64,000 nt of DNA from an uncultured delta proteobacterium (GCA_963845515.1 CAWJSR010000026.1:91077-155076), one strand, 5' to 3'; numbered from the stretch's first letter, positions 49,674-60,351 are shown. Made by a program: numbers and translations. Notes: generated by a model not told the origin, from the sequence alone.

Positions 49674-51026
49674 ATGCAGACCAAGTTCCTGCTGCCCGAG
49701 AACCAGATCCCGACCCACTGGTACAACGTCATCGCCGACCTGCCTGCGCCGCCCGCGCCGGTGCTCCACCCCGTGACGCTGAAGCCCGTGACGCCGCCGG
49801 ACCTGCTCCCGCTCTTCCCCGGGGCGCTGCTCGAGCAGGAGATGTCGCCGGAGCGCTGGATCAAGATCCCCGACGAGGTCCGCGAGGTCTTCTCCCAGTG
49901 GCGCCCGACGCCGCTCTTCCGGGCGCACCGGCTGGAGAAGGCGCTCGGGACGCCGGCGAAGATCTACTACAAGTACGAGGGGGTCTCGCCGGCCGGGTCG
50001 CACAAGCTCAACACCGCCGTGCCGCAGGCCTTCTACAACAAGCAGGCCGGCATCAAGCGGATCGCCACCGAGACCGGCGCCGGACAGTGGGGCACCGCGA
50101 TGTCCTACGCGTGCAACATGTACGGCCTCGAGTGCACCGTCTACATGGTGAAGGTGAGCTTCCAGCAGAAGCCCTACCGGAAGTCGATGATGCAGGTTTG
50201 GGGCGCCAACGTCATCGCGTCGCCGTCGAACCTCACCGACGCGGGGCGCGCGATGCTCGCGAAGGATCCGGACAACCAGGGCTCGCTCGGCCTCGCGATC
50301 TCCGAGGCGGTCGAGGACGCGGTGAAGCGCGAGGACACGCACTACGCCCTCGGCAGCGTGCTCAACCACGTCTGCCTCCACCAGACCGTCATCGGCCTCG
50401 AGGCGAAGGAGCAGCTGCGGATGGCCGGCGACTACCCGGACGTCGTCATCGGCTGCCACGGCGGCGGCTCCAACTTCGCCGGCATCGGCTTCCCGTTCGT
50501 CGCCGACAAGGCGGCCGGCAAGCAGGTCCGCATCCTGGCGATGGAGCCCAGCTCCTGCCCGACGCTGACGAAGGGGGTCTACGCCTTCGACTACGGCGAC
50601 ACGGCCAGGATGGCGCCGGTCATGAAGATGTACACGCTGGGCCACGACTTCATGCCGCCCGGGATCCACGCCGGCGGGCTCCGCTACCACGGCTCGTCCG
50701 CCCTCGTCTCCCAGCTCCTCCACCACGGGATCATCGAGGCGAAGGCGGTCGGCCAGATCGGCTGCTTCGAGGCGGCGATCCAGTTCGCCCGGACCGAGGG
50801 GATCATCCCGGCCCCCGAGTCGTCCCACGCGATCCGCGGCGCCATCGACGAGGCCCTGCTCGCGAAGCAGGAGGGGAAGGAGAAGACCATCCTCTTCAAC
50901 CTCTCCGGTCACGGCCACGTCGACATGCAGGCCTACGACGACTACTTCGCCGGGAAGCTCCAGGACTACGAGTACCCGGCCGAGAAGGTGAAGGAGTCGC
51001 TCGCCCACCTGCCGCAGGTGGCGTAG
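49674..51026 (+). CDS. trpB2: TrpB2 (TrpB-like PLP enzyme), stand-alone
   Basis: [57 protein letters not shown]. Confidence 0.92.
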   Translation: MQTKFLLPENQIPTHWYNVIADLPAPPAPVLHPVTLKPVTPPDLLPLFPGALLEQEMSPERWIKIPDEVREVFSQWRPTPLFRAHRLEKALGTPAKIYYKYEGVSPAGSHKLNTAVPQAFYNKQAGIKRIATETGAGQWGTAMSYACNMYGLECTVYMVKVSFQQKPYRKSMMQVWGANVIASPSNLTDAGRAMLAKDPDNQGSLGLAISEAVEDAVKREDTHYALGSVLNHVCLHQTVIGLEAKEQLRMAGDYPDVVIGCHGGGSNFAGIGFPFVADKAAGKQVRILAMEPSSCPTLTKGVYAFDYGDTARMAPVMKMYTLGHDFMPPGIHAGGLRYHGSSALVSQLLHHGIIEAKAVGQIGCFEAAIQFARTEGIIPAPESSHAIRGAIDEALLAKQEGKEKTILFNLSGHGHVDMQAYDDYFAGKLQDYEYPAEKVKESLAHLPQVA

Positions 51027-51044
51027 CGCTCCCCCTGGCGACGT

Positions 51045-51083
51045 CCCCTCTCCCCCACCGGGGGGAGAGGGCAAGGGTGAGGG
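51045..51083 (-). repeat. palindromic REP-like repeat family B between convergent trpB2 and amtB
   Basis: CCCCTCTCCCCC-ACCG-GGGGGAGAGGG-CAAGGGTGAGGG; same architecture as the copies around the DUF559 gene. Confidence 0.75.
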
Positions 51084-51108
51084 AGCAGCGGCCCCGCGGG
51101 GGCCGGCG

Positions 51109-52332
<1,224 letters not shown>

Positions 52333-52572
52333 TTGCGTGCACCCTTTCCTGCCAATCAGCGCGCGCAGACTAGCGATCTGCGCGAACTTTTGGCGCTGAA
52401 ATACAGGCACGCCGACGACAATTTCCGCTCGCTGTGCAAGATCCGGGCGGCGCATGCATTGCGAGGGAGCAATCGCGCGACAATCGGGCAGCCGGCCTGC
52501 CCGCGCGGCGGCATGATGCCCGGGTAGCGGGCCGGGGGTGACGCGAGACGCGGCACACCGACGCGGCGCGGA

Positions 52573-53480
52573 TCACGCCGCGGCGCGCGCGGGCCTCGGC
52601 GTGATCTCGACCGAGCGACGCGCCTCACCCCGGACCAGCTCGACGGCCACGCGGAACGGATCCCCCAGCACCATGGCCCTCACGAGATCGTCGAGCGTCT
52701 GGAGCGGCTGCCCCCGGCCGAGACGAGCAGGTCGCCGGCGCGCAGCCCGGCAGCCTCGGCGGGCGACCCGCTCACCACCTCGCTGACGCGAACGCCGCGG
52801 GAGTGGCCCACGTCCAGCGCTAGCGCGGGCTCCAGGTCCTCGCCGCGGCAGGCGACGCCCAGGAAGGGACGGCGGACCTCGCCGTGGTGGATGAGCACGG
52901 TGGCCACCCAGGAGGCCGTGTGGCCCGGAACCGCGAAGCCGATCCCTCGCGCCCACGGCAGCATCGCCGTCGTGATCCCCACCACCGCGCCCCCGGCGTC
53001 GAGGAGCGGTCCGCCGGAGTTGCCCGGGTTGATCGGGACGTCGGTCTGGAGGAGCCCGTCGAGCGGCTCCCCGCGCCGGGTCCCGAGCGCACGGTAGAGC
53101 GCCGAGACCACGCCCGCGGTCACGGTCCGCTCGAAGCCCAGGGGATTGCCGATTGCGACCACGACCTCGCCGACCCGCAGGCGCCGCTCGGAGAGGGGCA
53201 GCGCGGCGAGCCCGGACGCGTCGGCGCGCACGACCGCCAGGTCGGTCCGCTCGTCGCTCCCCACCACGTCGCCGCGCACGACGCGGGAGCCGGAGAGCCG
53301 GATCACGATGGGGCCCCGGTCGCGACCTCCGACGACGTGGGCGTTGGTGAGGACGTACCCGTCGGGCGAGAGGACGACGCCGGAGCCCTGGCCGCGCCTG
53401 CGCTCCACACCCACGACGCCGGGGGCTGCGCGCGCCACCAGCTCCGCCAGGTCCGAGGAGAAGGCCTGGAGCGCGCTCAT
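52573..53480 (-). CDS. HtrA/DegQ-like serine protease with PDZ domain (frameshift in a G run near 52712)
   Basis: TNAHVV, TDLAVV, GNPLG, INPGNSGGPL, PDZ (GSPAEAAGLRAGD). The C-terminus continues in ORF 52573..52956. Confidence 0.85.
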
Positions 53481-54409
53481 CGCGGCGCTCCCGGCGGGCG
53501 GCTCCCGACGGTGAGCGTCAGCTCGCGGAGCTCCCCGGCCCGGACCAGCCGGACCGCGAGCGCGCTGCCGATGCGCTCGGGCTCGACGAGGGCGAGCAGC
53601 GCCTGGGGATTGGCGGCCGGAGCGCCGCCGAGCGCCAGGAGCGCGTCTCCGAGGAGCAGCCCCGAGGCCGCGGCCGGGCTCCCATCCTCGACTGAGGTGA
53701 CGAGGAGCGCCCCCGCCTGGCCCGCGGACTCCGCGGCGGAGGCCTGGAGTCGGATCGGGAGCGTCGCGATCCCCAGGTAGCCGCGCGGGACGTGGCCGTG
53801 CGCGAGCAGCGACTCGACCACGCGCCGAAGGGTCGCCGCGGGGACCACCATCGCGAGGCCGCGGAGGAGTCCGGCGGTCGCGATCCCCAGCGCGGCCCCG
53901 GCTGGATCCAGGACGAGGCTTCCGGAGAGCCCGGGGACGCGCGGCAGCGTCGTCTCGACGTAGGCGTCCACCCGCCCGCCGGCGGGGGCGCGCCACTCCC
54001 CTGCCGCGCGCCCGACGACGCCGAGGGCGACGCGGTGCGTCCGCCCGGGGCGCGAGATGCCGACCACCAGCTGACCGGCCACGACCGGCGCACCGCCGAA
54101 GGCCGGCGGCTCGAGCCGGATCCCCTTCGCGCGGAGCAGCGCCACGTCGGTCGTCGCGTCGCGGCCGATCACCTCCGCGGAGGCCGTCTCCCCGTCCGGG
54201 AGGCCGACCTCCACCTCCTCGTCCCACTCGATCGCGTGGTGGGGTGCGGCCACCAGGCCGTCGGCGCTCCAGGCGACGCCGCTGGCCGGGGCCCCGCGGC
54301 GTCCGTCGACCCGCACGACGCTCGCAGCGCCGTCCGTCGCGAGGGTGGTCAGCTCGCTCGACAGCTCGGCGAGCATGCGGCTTCGGGTCTCCATCTCGTT
54401 CTCCTTCAC
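53477..54409 (-). CDS. divergent S1C trypsin-like protease with PDZ domain
   Basis: ASGVAW, APHH, DATTDVALL, PGLSGS, GYLGI, GSPAAASGLLLGD. Confidence 0.8.
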   Translation of the reverse strand: MKENEMETRSRMLAELSSELTTLATDGAASVVRVDGRRGAPASGVAWSADGLVAAPHHAIEWDEEVEVGLPDGETASAEVIGRDATTDVALLRAKGIRLEPPAFGGAPVVAGQLVVGISRPGRTHRVALGVVGRAAGEWRAPAGGRVDAYVETTLPRVPGLSGSLVLDPAGAALGIATAGLLRGLAMVVPAATLRRVVESLLAHGHVPRGYLGIATLPIRLQASAAESAGQAGALLVTSVEDGSPAAASGLLLGDALLALGGAPAANPQALLALVEPERIGSALAVRLVRAGELRELTLTVGSRPPGAPR

Positions 54410-54545
54410 GACGCCTCTCCCCTGCGTGGAAGGCTAGGGAGGGCGGGCCCGGCGCGCATCGTCGAGAGGGACTGGCCCGGGCCTGCCCATTCGGACGGGG
54501 GCGGTGCGACCGGCGCGTCGCCCGCAGGGCCGTTAGATCCCGCGG

Positions 54546-55160
54546 GTGGAACCCACGCGCGTCCTCGTCGTCGCCGACGATCCCCTCGCCCGGTCCGGCG
54601 TCGCCGCGCTCCTCGCCGGCCGGCACGACGTGGTGGTCAGCGGCCAGGCCTCGTCGGACGAGCTCGCCGGGGCGCTGGCCGGGGGCGGCCACGACGTGGT
54701 CGCGTGGGCGCCCGGATCGTCGTCGGACCCGGGCGGCGAGCGGCTGAGCGCGGCCGCGGCCGGGGTCCCCGTCGTGGCGATCGTCTCCGGGAGCGAACAG
54801 GCGACCGCGGCGCTGCGGGCGGAGGTTCGTGGCCTCGTCCGCCGGAGCGCCGACGGCGCGATCGTCACCGCGGCGCTGCTGGCCGCGGCCGCCGGGCTGG
54901 TGGTGCTGGAGCCCTCGCTGGCGCACGAGTGGCTCCGCCAGCCCGTCGCGGCGGCCGGCGGCGAGCCGCTCACGCCGCGCGAGCGCGAGGTCCTCGCGCT
55001 CCTCGCGGAGGGGATCGGCAACAAGGCGATCGCCGCGCGCCTCGGGATCTCCGAGCACACGGCCAAGTTCCACGTGAACGCGATCCTGGCGAAGCTCGGG
55101 GCCGGGTCGCGCGCCGAGGCCATCGTGCTCGCCGCGCGCCAGGGGCTGGTCGTCCTCTAG
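54546..55160 (+). CDS. NarL/LuxR-type regulator with degenerate receiver domain
   Basis: VLVVADDPLARSG; C-terminal LTPREREVL..NKAIA..ISEHTAKFHV..KLG HTH. Confidence 0.85.
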   Translation: MEPTRVLVVADDPLARSGVAALLAGRHDVVVSGQASSDELAGALAGGGHDVVAWAPGSSSDPGGERLSAAAAGVPVVAIVSGSEQATAALRAEVRGLVRRSADGAIVTAALLAAAAGLVVLEPSLAHEWLRQPVAAAGGEPLTPREREVLALLAEGIGNKAIAARLGISEHTAKFHVNAILAKLGAGSRAEAIVLAARQGLVVL

Positions 55161-55230
55161 GAGCCCGTCGGCGTAACGGGGAGCCGCAGCTTCACTGAAA
55201 TTCCCCCTCTCCCCCACCGGGCTGACCATT

Positions 55231-55307
55231 CATCGCATCTTCGAGCCTTGGGGATGCACCTCTCCCCCGCCCCCGCGGGGGAGAGGCTGGGTGAGGGGGG
55301 GTCGTAC
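55231..55307 (-). repeat. 77-bp repeat containing a family-B hairpin (left arm)
   Basis: Its reverse complement matches 56916-56992 at 73/77 positions by manual alignment. Confidence 0.85.
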
Positions 55308-55329
55308 CCATCGGCTATCCTCACTCTCC

Positions 55330-55767
55330 GTGAGCCACACGCCTCCAGCGCTCCGTGAGTTCCGTCGCGAACTTCGACGGGACTCGACCGACGCAGAGCG
55401 AGCCATCTGGTGGGTCGTGCGTAACCGCCACCTGGGCGTGAAGTTTCGGCGACAGCACTCGATGGGCCCGTACACGCTCGACTTCTACTGTGCGGAGCTC
55501 AAGCTCGCGGTGGAGATCGATGGTGGCCAACACTACGACGACGCTGGCCGTCGCTATGACCAGTCGCGCGACGAGGCGCTGAAGGCCATGGGCATCAGGA
55601 CGCTTCGCTTCTCCAACCTGGATGTGCTGAGGGAGACGGAAGGCGTGGCCGAGGCCATCTGGGGTGAGGTCCAGCGGCTCAGTGAACGGGAGGCCCCCTC
55701 ACCTGACCTCTCCCCCGCCGGAGCGGGGGAGAGGGAAGTTCCCAGCGAGGTCGAACATTCCAGCTGA
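55330..55767 (+). CDS. DUF559 (Vsr-like PD-(D/E)XK) endonuclease domain protein
   Basis: RELRRDSTDAERAIW, KFRRQH..GPYTLDFYC, LAVEIDGGQH, DQSRD..L..G.RTLRFSN. Confidence 0.9.
   Translation: MSHTPPALREFRRELRRDSTDAERAIWWVVRNRHLGVKFRRQHSMGPYTLDFYCAELKLAVEIDGGQHYDDAGRRYDQSRDEALKAMGIRTLRFSNLDVLRETEGVAEAIWGEVQRLSEREAPSPDLSPAGAGEREVPSEVEHSS
55694..55734 (+). repeat. family-B palindromic repeat inside the 3' end of the DUF559 gene
   Basis: CCCCCTCACCTGA-CCTCTCCCCCGC-CGGA-GCGGGGGAGAGG; translated as PSPDLSPAGAGER. Confidence 0.8.
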
Positions 55768-55905
55768 CCAGCGCGAACCGCGCAGTCCTTTCCCGCTCTG
55801 CGCAGCCCAAGATGAGGCTAGCGGTCAGCCCACCGGGGGAGAGGGGAGAATCCATGGGGTTCCGCGACGACCGGAGCGCCTTGCGCCGACAAGCTCCTAG
55901 CAGCC

Positions 55906-56262
55906 CTACGCCTGCTCCGCCTCGTCGAACACGAGCAGGCGGGCCCGCTCTCCCGGCCCCAGCACGAGCTTGTGCCCGTGCGGCTCGCCACCGGGGATGA
56001 GCCCGACGTCCCCCTGCTCGAGCGCGACGCTCCCGTCGCGCGTCGCCAGCGAGCAGCGGCCGTCCAGCACGTGGAAGGCGTGGCCCCGAGTGCACCAGTC
56101 CGGCTCCACGAAGCCGTGGCTCAGGTCGAGCAGCCGCGCGCGCTGCTCCCCGCGGACCACCGTCTTCGTGCGGAGGCCAGGCGCGGCGGCAGTCCACGGG
56201 AGCTCGTCGAAGCGCACGAGCACCCCGCGACCGGCGGAGTCGTCGGCAGGCGACGCGCTCAC
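55906..56262 (-). CDS. small cupin-fold protein
   Basis: FDELPW, WCTRGHAFHVLDG, LEQGD..IP..HGH; GTGA overlap with vapC. Confidence 0.75.
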   Translation of the reverse strand: MSASPADDSAGRGVLVRFDELPWTAAAPGLRTKTVVRGEQRARLLDLSHGFVEPDWCTRGHAFHVLDGRCSLATRDGSVALEQGDVGLIPGGEPHGHKLVLGPGERARLLVFDEAEQA

Positions 56263-56636
56263 GGCTCCTCTCGCGCAGCGGCCGCCAGGCCCCGGTCGAG
56301 CGTGACGAGCTCGGCCCGTAGCGCGCGGGCGAGCCATAGGTAGGCGCTGTCGTACGCCGTCAGCCCGGATTGCGACGCCGCCTCGAACGCTGCCGTCGCG
56401 GCGACGGCGTGCAGGCGGACGTCGAGCCGGCGAGCCAACTGCAGCGCCTTCCCCGCCATCACGGGAGACATCAGCCGGCGCCGCACCTTCACCGCGGCGA
56501 CGTTCGCCAGCTCGTAGGGGAGCAGATCCGGCGCCGCAAGCTCCGCGCCTCGAAGCCTCGCGGCGACGTCGTCCGCCTCGCCCTCGCCGAAGACGAGCGC
56601 CGCGAGGGCGGAGGCATCAACGACGACGAGCGCCAT
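56259..56636 (-). CDS. vapC: PIN-domain toxin VapC
   Basis: VVDASALAALVFGE, APDLLPYELAN, LTAYDSAYLWLA, LVTLD. Confidence 0.9.
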   Translation of the reverse strand: MALVVVDASALAALVFGEGEADDVAARLRGAELAAPDLLPYELANVAAVKVRRRLMSPVMAGKALQLARRLDVRLHAVAATAAFEAASQSGLTAYDSAYLWLARALRAELVTLDRGLAAAAREEP

Positions 56637-56877
56637 GGCGGGCCTCGCGCATCGAGCGGACGATGTCGGCGGAGCGGCCGCGCGAGCGGATCCCGAGGGC
56701 TCTCGCCTCGGCGAGCAGCTCCTCCGGGCCGATGAGCCCCGCCTCCTCCTCCCGGGCGGCCGCCTCGACGAGCGCGAGCAGCTCACCCTGGAGGGAGCGG
56801 TGGTGGCGCGACGCGCGCTGCTTGAGCCGCTGGACGACCGCCGTGGGGGCGTTCTTGATGGAGAGCGTGACGGTCAT
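56617..56877 (-). CDS. FitA/Arc-like ribbon-helix-helix antitoxin
   Basis: TLSIKNAP..LKQRASRHHRSLQGELLALVE..SADIVRSMRE; overlaps the vapC start. Confidence 0.85.
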   Translation of the reverse strand: MTVTLSIKNAPTAVVQRLKQRASRHHRSLQGELLALVEAAAREEEAGLIGPEELLAEARALGIRSRGRSADIVRSMREARHGARRR

Positions 56878-56906
56878 GGCTCCAATATGGCGCCGGAATG
56901 GTGCCA
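56876..56906 (-). promoter_or_regulatory. putative TA autoregulatory operator
   Basis: ATGGCTCC/ATGGCGCC/ATGGTGCC at an 11-bp period, including the imperfect palindrome TGGCGCC-N5-GGTGCCA, just upstream of the antitoxin ATG. Confidence 0.5.
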
Positions 56907-56915
56907 CGGCAACCC

Positions 56916-56992
56916 GTACGACGCCCCCTCACCCAGCCTCTCCCCCGCGGGGGCGGGGGAGAGGTTCATCCCCAAGGCGCGAAGACGCGATG
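56916..56992 (+). repeat. 77-bp repeat containing a family-B hairpin (right arm)
   Basis: Inverted partner of 55231-55307. Confidence 0.85.
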
Positions 56993-57018
56993 GAGGGTCG
57001 CCGGGAGCGAGGCCGGGC

Positions 57019-57840
57019 TCACCCCAGGAACAGGTCCGGCAGGAGCTCCATCCCCGGCTCGACGGCGTACTTCGCGAAGTCGGTCACGCCCTCCGCGCGG
57101 AGCACCTCCTCGTCGATGAAGAAGTTGCCCGTGCAAGCCCTCGGGTCGCGCCGGAGGATGGCCAGCGCAGCGTCGGCGACGATCTCCGGCGTCCGGCCGC
57201 GCCGCGCCGTCTCGTCGCCGCCGAGCAGGTTGAGCGCGGAAGTCGCGATCACGGTCCGCGGCCAGAGCGCGTTGACCCCGATCCCCTGGTCGCGGAGCTC
57301 TTCGGCCATCCCCAGCACGCACATGCTCATCCCGTACTTCGCCATCGTGTAGGCGACGTGGGGCGCGAACCAGCGCGCGCTCATGTTGAGCGGCGGCGAC
57401 AGGGTGAGGATGTGCGGATGCTCCCGCCTCCCCAGGTGCTGGAGGCAGGCCTGCGCGCAGAGGAAGGTGCCGCGCGCGTTCACCTGGTGCATGAGGTCGT
57501 AGCGCTTCATCGGCGTCGCGGCGGTCCCGGCCAGGTGGATCGCGCTCGCGTTGTTCACGAGGACGTCGATCCCTCCGAAGCGGGCGACCGCGTGACCGAT
57601 GGCGTTGTGGACCTGCTGCTCGTCGCGGACGTCGCACTCGACCGCGAGCGCCTGCCCACCCGCGTCGGCGATCTCCTCGGCGGCGCTGTGGATCGTCCCC
57701 GGCAGCTTCGGGTGCTTCACCACGGTCCTCGCGGCGACGACGACGTTCGCGCCCTCGCGGGCCGCGGCCATGCCGATCGCCTTGCCGATCCCGCGGCTCG
57801 CGCCGGTGATGAAGACCGTCTTCCCCTTCAACGAAGCCAT
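57019..57840 (-). CDS. short-chain dehydrogenase/reductase (HSDL2-like)
   Basis: ITGASRGIG, HPKLPGTI, NNASAI, LSPPL, YTMAKYGMS, NALWPRT. Confidence 0.9.
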   Translation of the reverse strand: MASLKGKTVFITGASRGIGKAIGMAAAREGANVVVAARTVVKHPKLPGTIHSAAEEIADAGGQALAVECDVRDEQQVHNAIGHAVARFGGIDVLVNNASAIHLAGTAATPMKRYDLMHQVNARGTFLCAQACLQHLGRREHPHILTLSPPLNMSARWFAPHVAYTMAKYGMSMCVLGMAEELRDQGIGVNALWPRTVIATSALNLLGGDETARRGRTPEIVADAALAILRRDPRACTGNFFIDEEVLRAEGVTDFAKYAVEPGMELLPDLFLG

Positions 57841-58020
57841 GGTCGCTCCTCCGCCTCCGAGGATGGGGGTCGCCGGGGCCGATCGCAACGGTGGGGACGC
57901 GCCCACTGGAGCCCCGCCGGCGGCATGTAGGATGCGAACCCACCACCACGGCTCGCGACCGCCCGCCGCGCGCTCCTGAACGCGCTCACAGGACCGATTC
58001 CGGGTGCCTCCCGGGCGCCG

Positions 58021-58075
58021 TTGACTTCCCCCTTCGATCTCCGTAGATCCGGAGCCACCAGGTGGGAAAAAGTGG
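58021..58075 (+). promoter_or_regulatory. dcw/mraZ promoter with MraZ-box-like repeats
   Basis: TTGACT-N17-TAGATC followed by GTGGG-AAAAA-GTGG repeats at a 10-bp period. Confidence 0.6.
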
Positions 58076-58111
58076 CAAGCCGCGGATCAAAGCGGCAGGA
58101 TCGACCAGAAC

Positions 58112-58549
58112 GTGTACTTCGGAGCCTTCAATCACACGATCGATGCCAAGGGGCGAACGAGCCTCCCGGCGAAGTTCCGCGAAGCGCTCGCCGCAGACGG
58201 CGAGCCGCGGATCGTGCTGATGCAGTTCCCCCACTGGCGCTCGGTCCTCGCCCTCCCGCAGTCGGTCTGGAGCGAGCTGACGAAGAAGGTCATGGAGGCG
58301 TCGCCGCTCGACGTCCGCTGGCAGCGGACCATCTTCAAGTTCGTCTCCACCGCGCACGAGGTCGACCTGGACCCGCACGGCCGCGTCCTCGTCCCGCCCT
58401 CGCTCCGCGAGTGGGCCGGGCTCTCCAAGGACGTCGTCTGGACCGGCATGGGGCGCGTGATCCACCTCTGGGACAAGAGCGCGTGGGAGCAGCACATGGC
58501 CGCCGACGTGACGGCGGACCAGGTCGTCGATCTCTTCAAGGGCGTGTGA
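58112..58549 (+). CDS. mraZ: division/cell wall cluster transcriptional repressor MraZ
   Basis: FGAFNHTIDAKGRTSLPAKFR, LDPHGRVLVPPSLR; first gene of the dcw cluster. Confidence 0.93.
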   Translation: MYFGAFNHTIDAKGRTSLPAKFREALAADGEPRIVLMQFPHWRSVLALPQSVWSELTKKVMEASPLDVRWQRTIFKFVSTAHEVDLDPHGRVLVPPSLREWAGLSKDVVWTGMGRVIHLWDKSAWEQHMAADVTADQVVDLFKGV

Positions 58550-58586
58550 CGGCCGCGGTACGCGGCCAAGGGTGGGAGGACGGGCG

Positions 58587-58889
58587 ATGTTCGAGGCTAG
58601 GCACGACGACGGCTACACCATCATCCGCGGCATCGGCGAGCTCTCGCGCGACGAGCTCGCGGCGATCGCTTCCGTGGCCACGCGCTCGCGCACCGACGGG
58701 CGGACGGTGGTGATCGACCTGAAGCGGGTGACCCACCTCCACTTCGCGGGGGCGGCCCTGCTCAAGGCGATCCCCGGCCTGCGCGCCGCGGGGGCCAGCC
58801 GCTACGTGCGCGACCTGGTCAACGCCGGCGGGGCGGGCGGATTCCTGGAGATGTTCGGCGACGTCGAGGAGGCGGTCCGCGCCGCGTGA
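58587..58889 (+). CDS. small STAS-like domain protein between mraZ and rsmH
   Basis: [41 protein letters not shown] overlap with rsmH. Confidence 0.7.
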   Translation: MFEARHDDGYTIIRGIGELSRDELAAIASVATRSRTDGRTVVIDLKRVTHLHFAGAALLKAIPGLRAAGASRYVRDLVNAGGAGGFLEMFGDVEEAVRAA

Positions 58890-59818
58890 TCGGTGACTTC
58901 GTCCATGAGCCGGTGCTCGCAAATGAGGTCGTCGCGGCCCTCCGCCCCGCTCCGGGGAAGCTCATCCTCGACGGGACGCTCGGTGGCGGCGGCCACTCCG
59001 GCCTCCTGCTCGAGGCGGGGGCTCGCGTGATCGCCCTCGACAAGGACCCCCGCGCCCTCGCTGCCGCGCAGGCACGCCTCGCGCGCTGGGGCGAGGCGTT
59101 CCGCGCCGTGCGCGCCGACTTCCGCGACGCCGGCGCGACCCTGAACGCCCTCGGCATCGCCGGGGTCGACGGGGCGCTCGTGGACCTCGGCGTCTCCTCG
59201 CCGCAGTTCGACGTGGCCGAGCGCGGCTTCTCCTTCTCGCGCCCCGGACCGCTCGACATGCGGATGAGCGACGAGGGCGAGACGCTCGCCGGCCTGCTGG
59301 CCCGCATCGACGAGCGCGAGCTGGCCCGCATCCTGAAGGAGTACGGCGAGGAGCCGTTCGCGCGCCCCATCGCCCGCGCCATCAAGGCGGCGATCGAGCG
59401 CGACGAGCCGCTCGACACGCGCGGCCTCGCCGAGATCGTGTCCCACGCCATCCCGCGGAGGGCCTGGCCGAAGCACCACCACGCCGCGACGCGCACCTTC
59501 CAGGCGCTCCGGATCGCCGTGAACGACGAGCTCGGGGCGCTCGCCTCCTGGCTCGACACCCTCCCGGCCATCCTGAACGTCGGCGGGCGCGCGGCGGCCA
59601 TCTCCTTCCACTCGCTCGAGGACCGGATGGTCAAGGAGAAGTTCCAGGCGCTCACGCGCGCCTGCACCTGCCCGACCGACTTCCCGGTCTGCGTCTGCGG
59701 CGCGAAGGCCCAGTTCGCGAAGGTGACGAGGAAGGCCGTGACCGCGGGCGACGACGAGCTCGCGCGCAACCCGCGCGCCAGGAGCGCCAAGCTCCGGGCG
59801 GTGGAGAAGCTCCCATGA
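58886..59818 (+). CDS. rsmH: 16S rRNA m4C1402 methyltransferase RsmH (MraW)
   Basis: [68 protein letters not shown]. Confidence 0.96.
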   Translation: MIGDFVHEPVLANEVVAALRPAPGKLILDGTLGGGGHSGLLLEAGARVIALDKDPRALAAAQARLARWGEAFRAVRADFRDAGATLNALGIAGVDGALVDLGVSSPQFDVAERGFSFSRPGPLDMRMSDEGETLAGLLARIDERELARILKEYGEEPFARPIARAIKAAIERDEPLDTRGLAEIVSHAIPRRAWPKHHHAATRTFQALRIAVNDELGALASWLDTLPAILNVGGRAAAISFHSLEDRMVKEKFQALTRACTCPTDFPVCVCGAKAQFAKVTRKAVTAGDDELARNPRARSAKLRAVEKLP

Positions 59819-60351
59819 GCCGGCGCGCAGCCAGCGCGCGCGGCGGCGCGGGGGCGGCGGGGTTCGTGCTCCGCACCACGCTCCTGCTCTCGCTGGTCGC
59901 GGCGTTGGGGATCTTCCACATCTGGTCGCGAACCCGCGTGCTCGCCTCGGGGTACGAGCTGGGCGAGCTGGAGCGCGCGCACGCGCGGCTCACCTCGGAG
60001 CACGATCGGCTCAGGCTCGAGGTGGAGAGCCTTCGCTCTCCAGCGTCGCTGGAGAAGCTGGCGCGCACCAAGTTGGGAATGGCTCCGCCGGCGCCGGGCA
60101 CGGTGCGGGTGGCAGAGCCCCCGGTCGCTTCGGCGGCCGCGGGCAGGGCGGGCGGCGACGGTGTGGACCGTACGGCGCCGGCGGAGCCTGCTGCACACCC
60201 TCGGGTGGGCAGCGCAGGTGGGCGGGCGGCGGCGGGTGCTCGCGAGGAGGCGCCGGGCGGCGTCTCCTCGCGGGCCGTGGTGGTCCCCGGGGAGCAGGTG
60301 GCTCTCCGGGGGCCGCTGCGGGAGGCCGTGACGTCCGGGGGGCACGACTAG
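59815..60351 (+). CDS. ftsL: cell division protein FtsL with long low-complexity tail
   Basis: TM segment, coiled coil ([22 protein letters not shown]); lies between rsmH and ftsI. Confidence 0.8.
   Translation: MSRRAASARGGAGAAGFVLRTTLLLSLVAALGIFHIWSRTRVLASGYELGELERAHARLTSEHDRLRLEVESLRSPASLEKLARTKLGMAPPAPGTVRVAEPPVASAAAGRAGGDGVDRTAPAEPAAHPRVGSAGGRAAAGAREEAPGGVSSRAVVVPGEQVALRGPLREAVTSGGHD

Larger units (their letters stand above)
55220..55830. mobile_element. putative ~610-bp DUF559 module with 8-bp terminal inverted repeats and 5-bp target duplication
   Basis: CACCG|GGCTGACC ... GGTCAGCC|CACCG. Removing it restores one family-B hairpin CCCCTCTCCCCC-ACC-GGGGGAGAGGGG. Confidence 0.45.

Noticed and set aside
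47346..51074. 1242-aa minus-strand ORF
   Set aside because: Antisense shadow of the GMC oxidoreductase and trpB2 genes; no motifs; typical of high-GC DNA.
52680..55229. 849-aa ORF as a giant protease
   Set aside because: Only the part from 53480 is protease-like; the upstream part overlaps the second protease and the LuxR gene.
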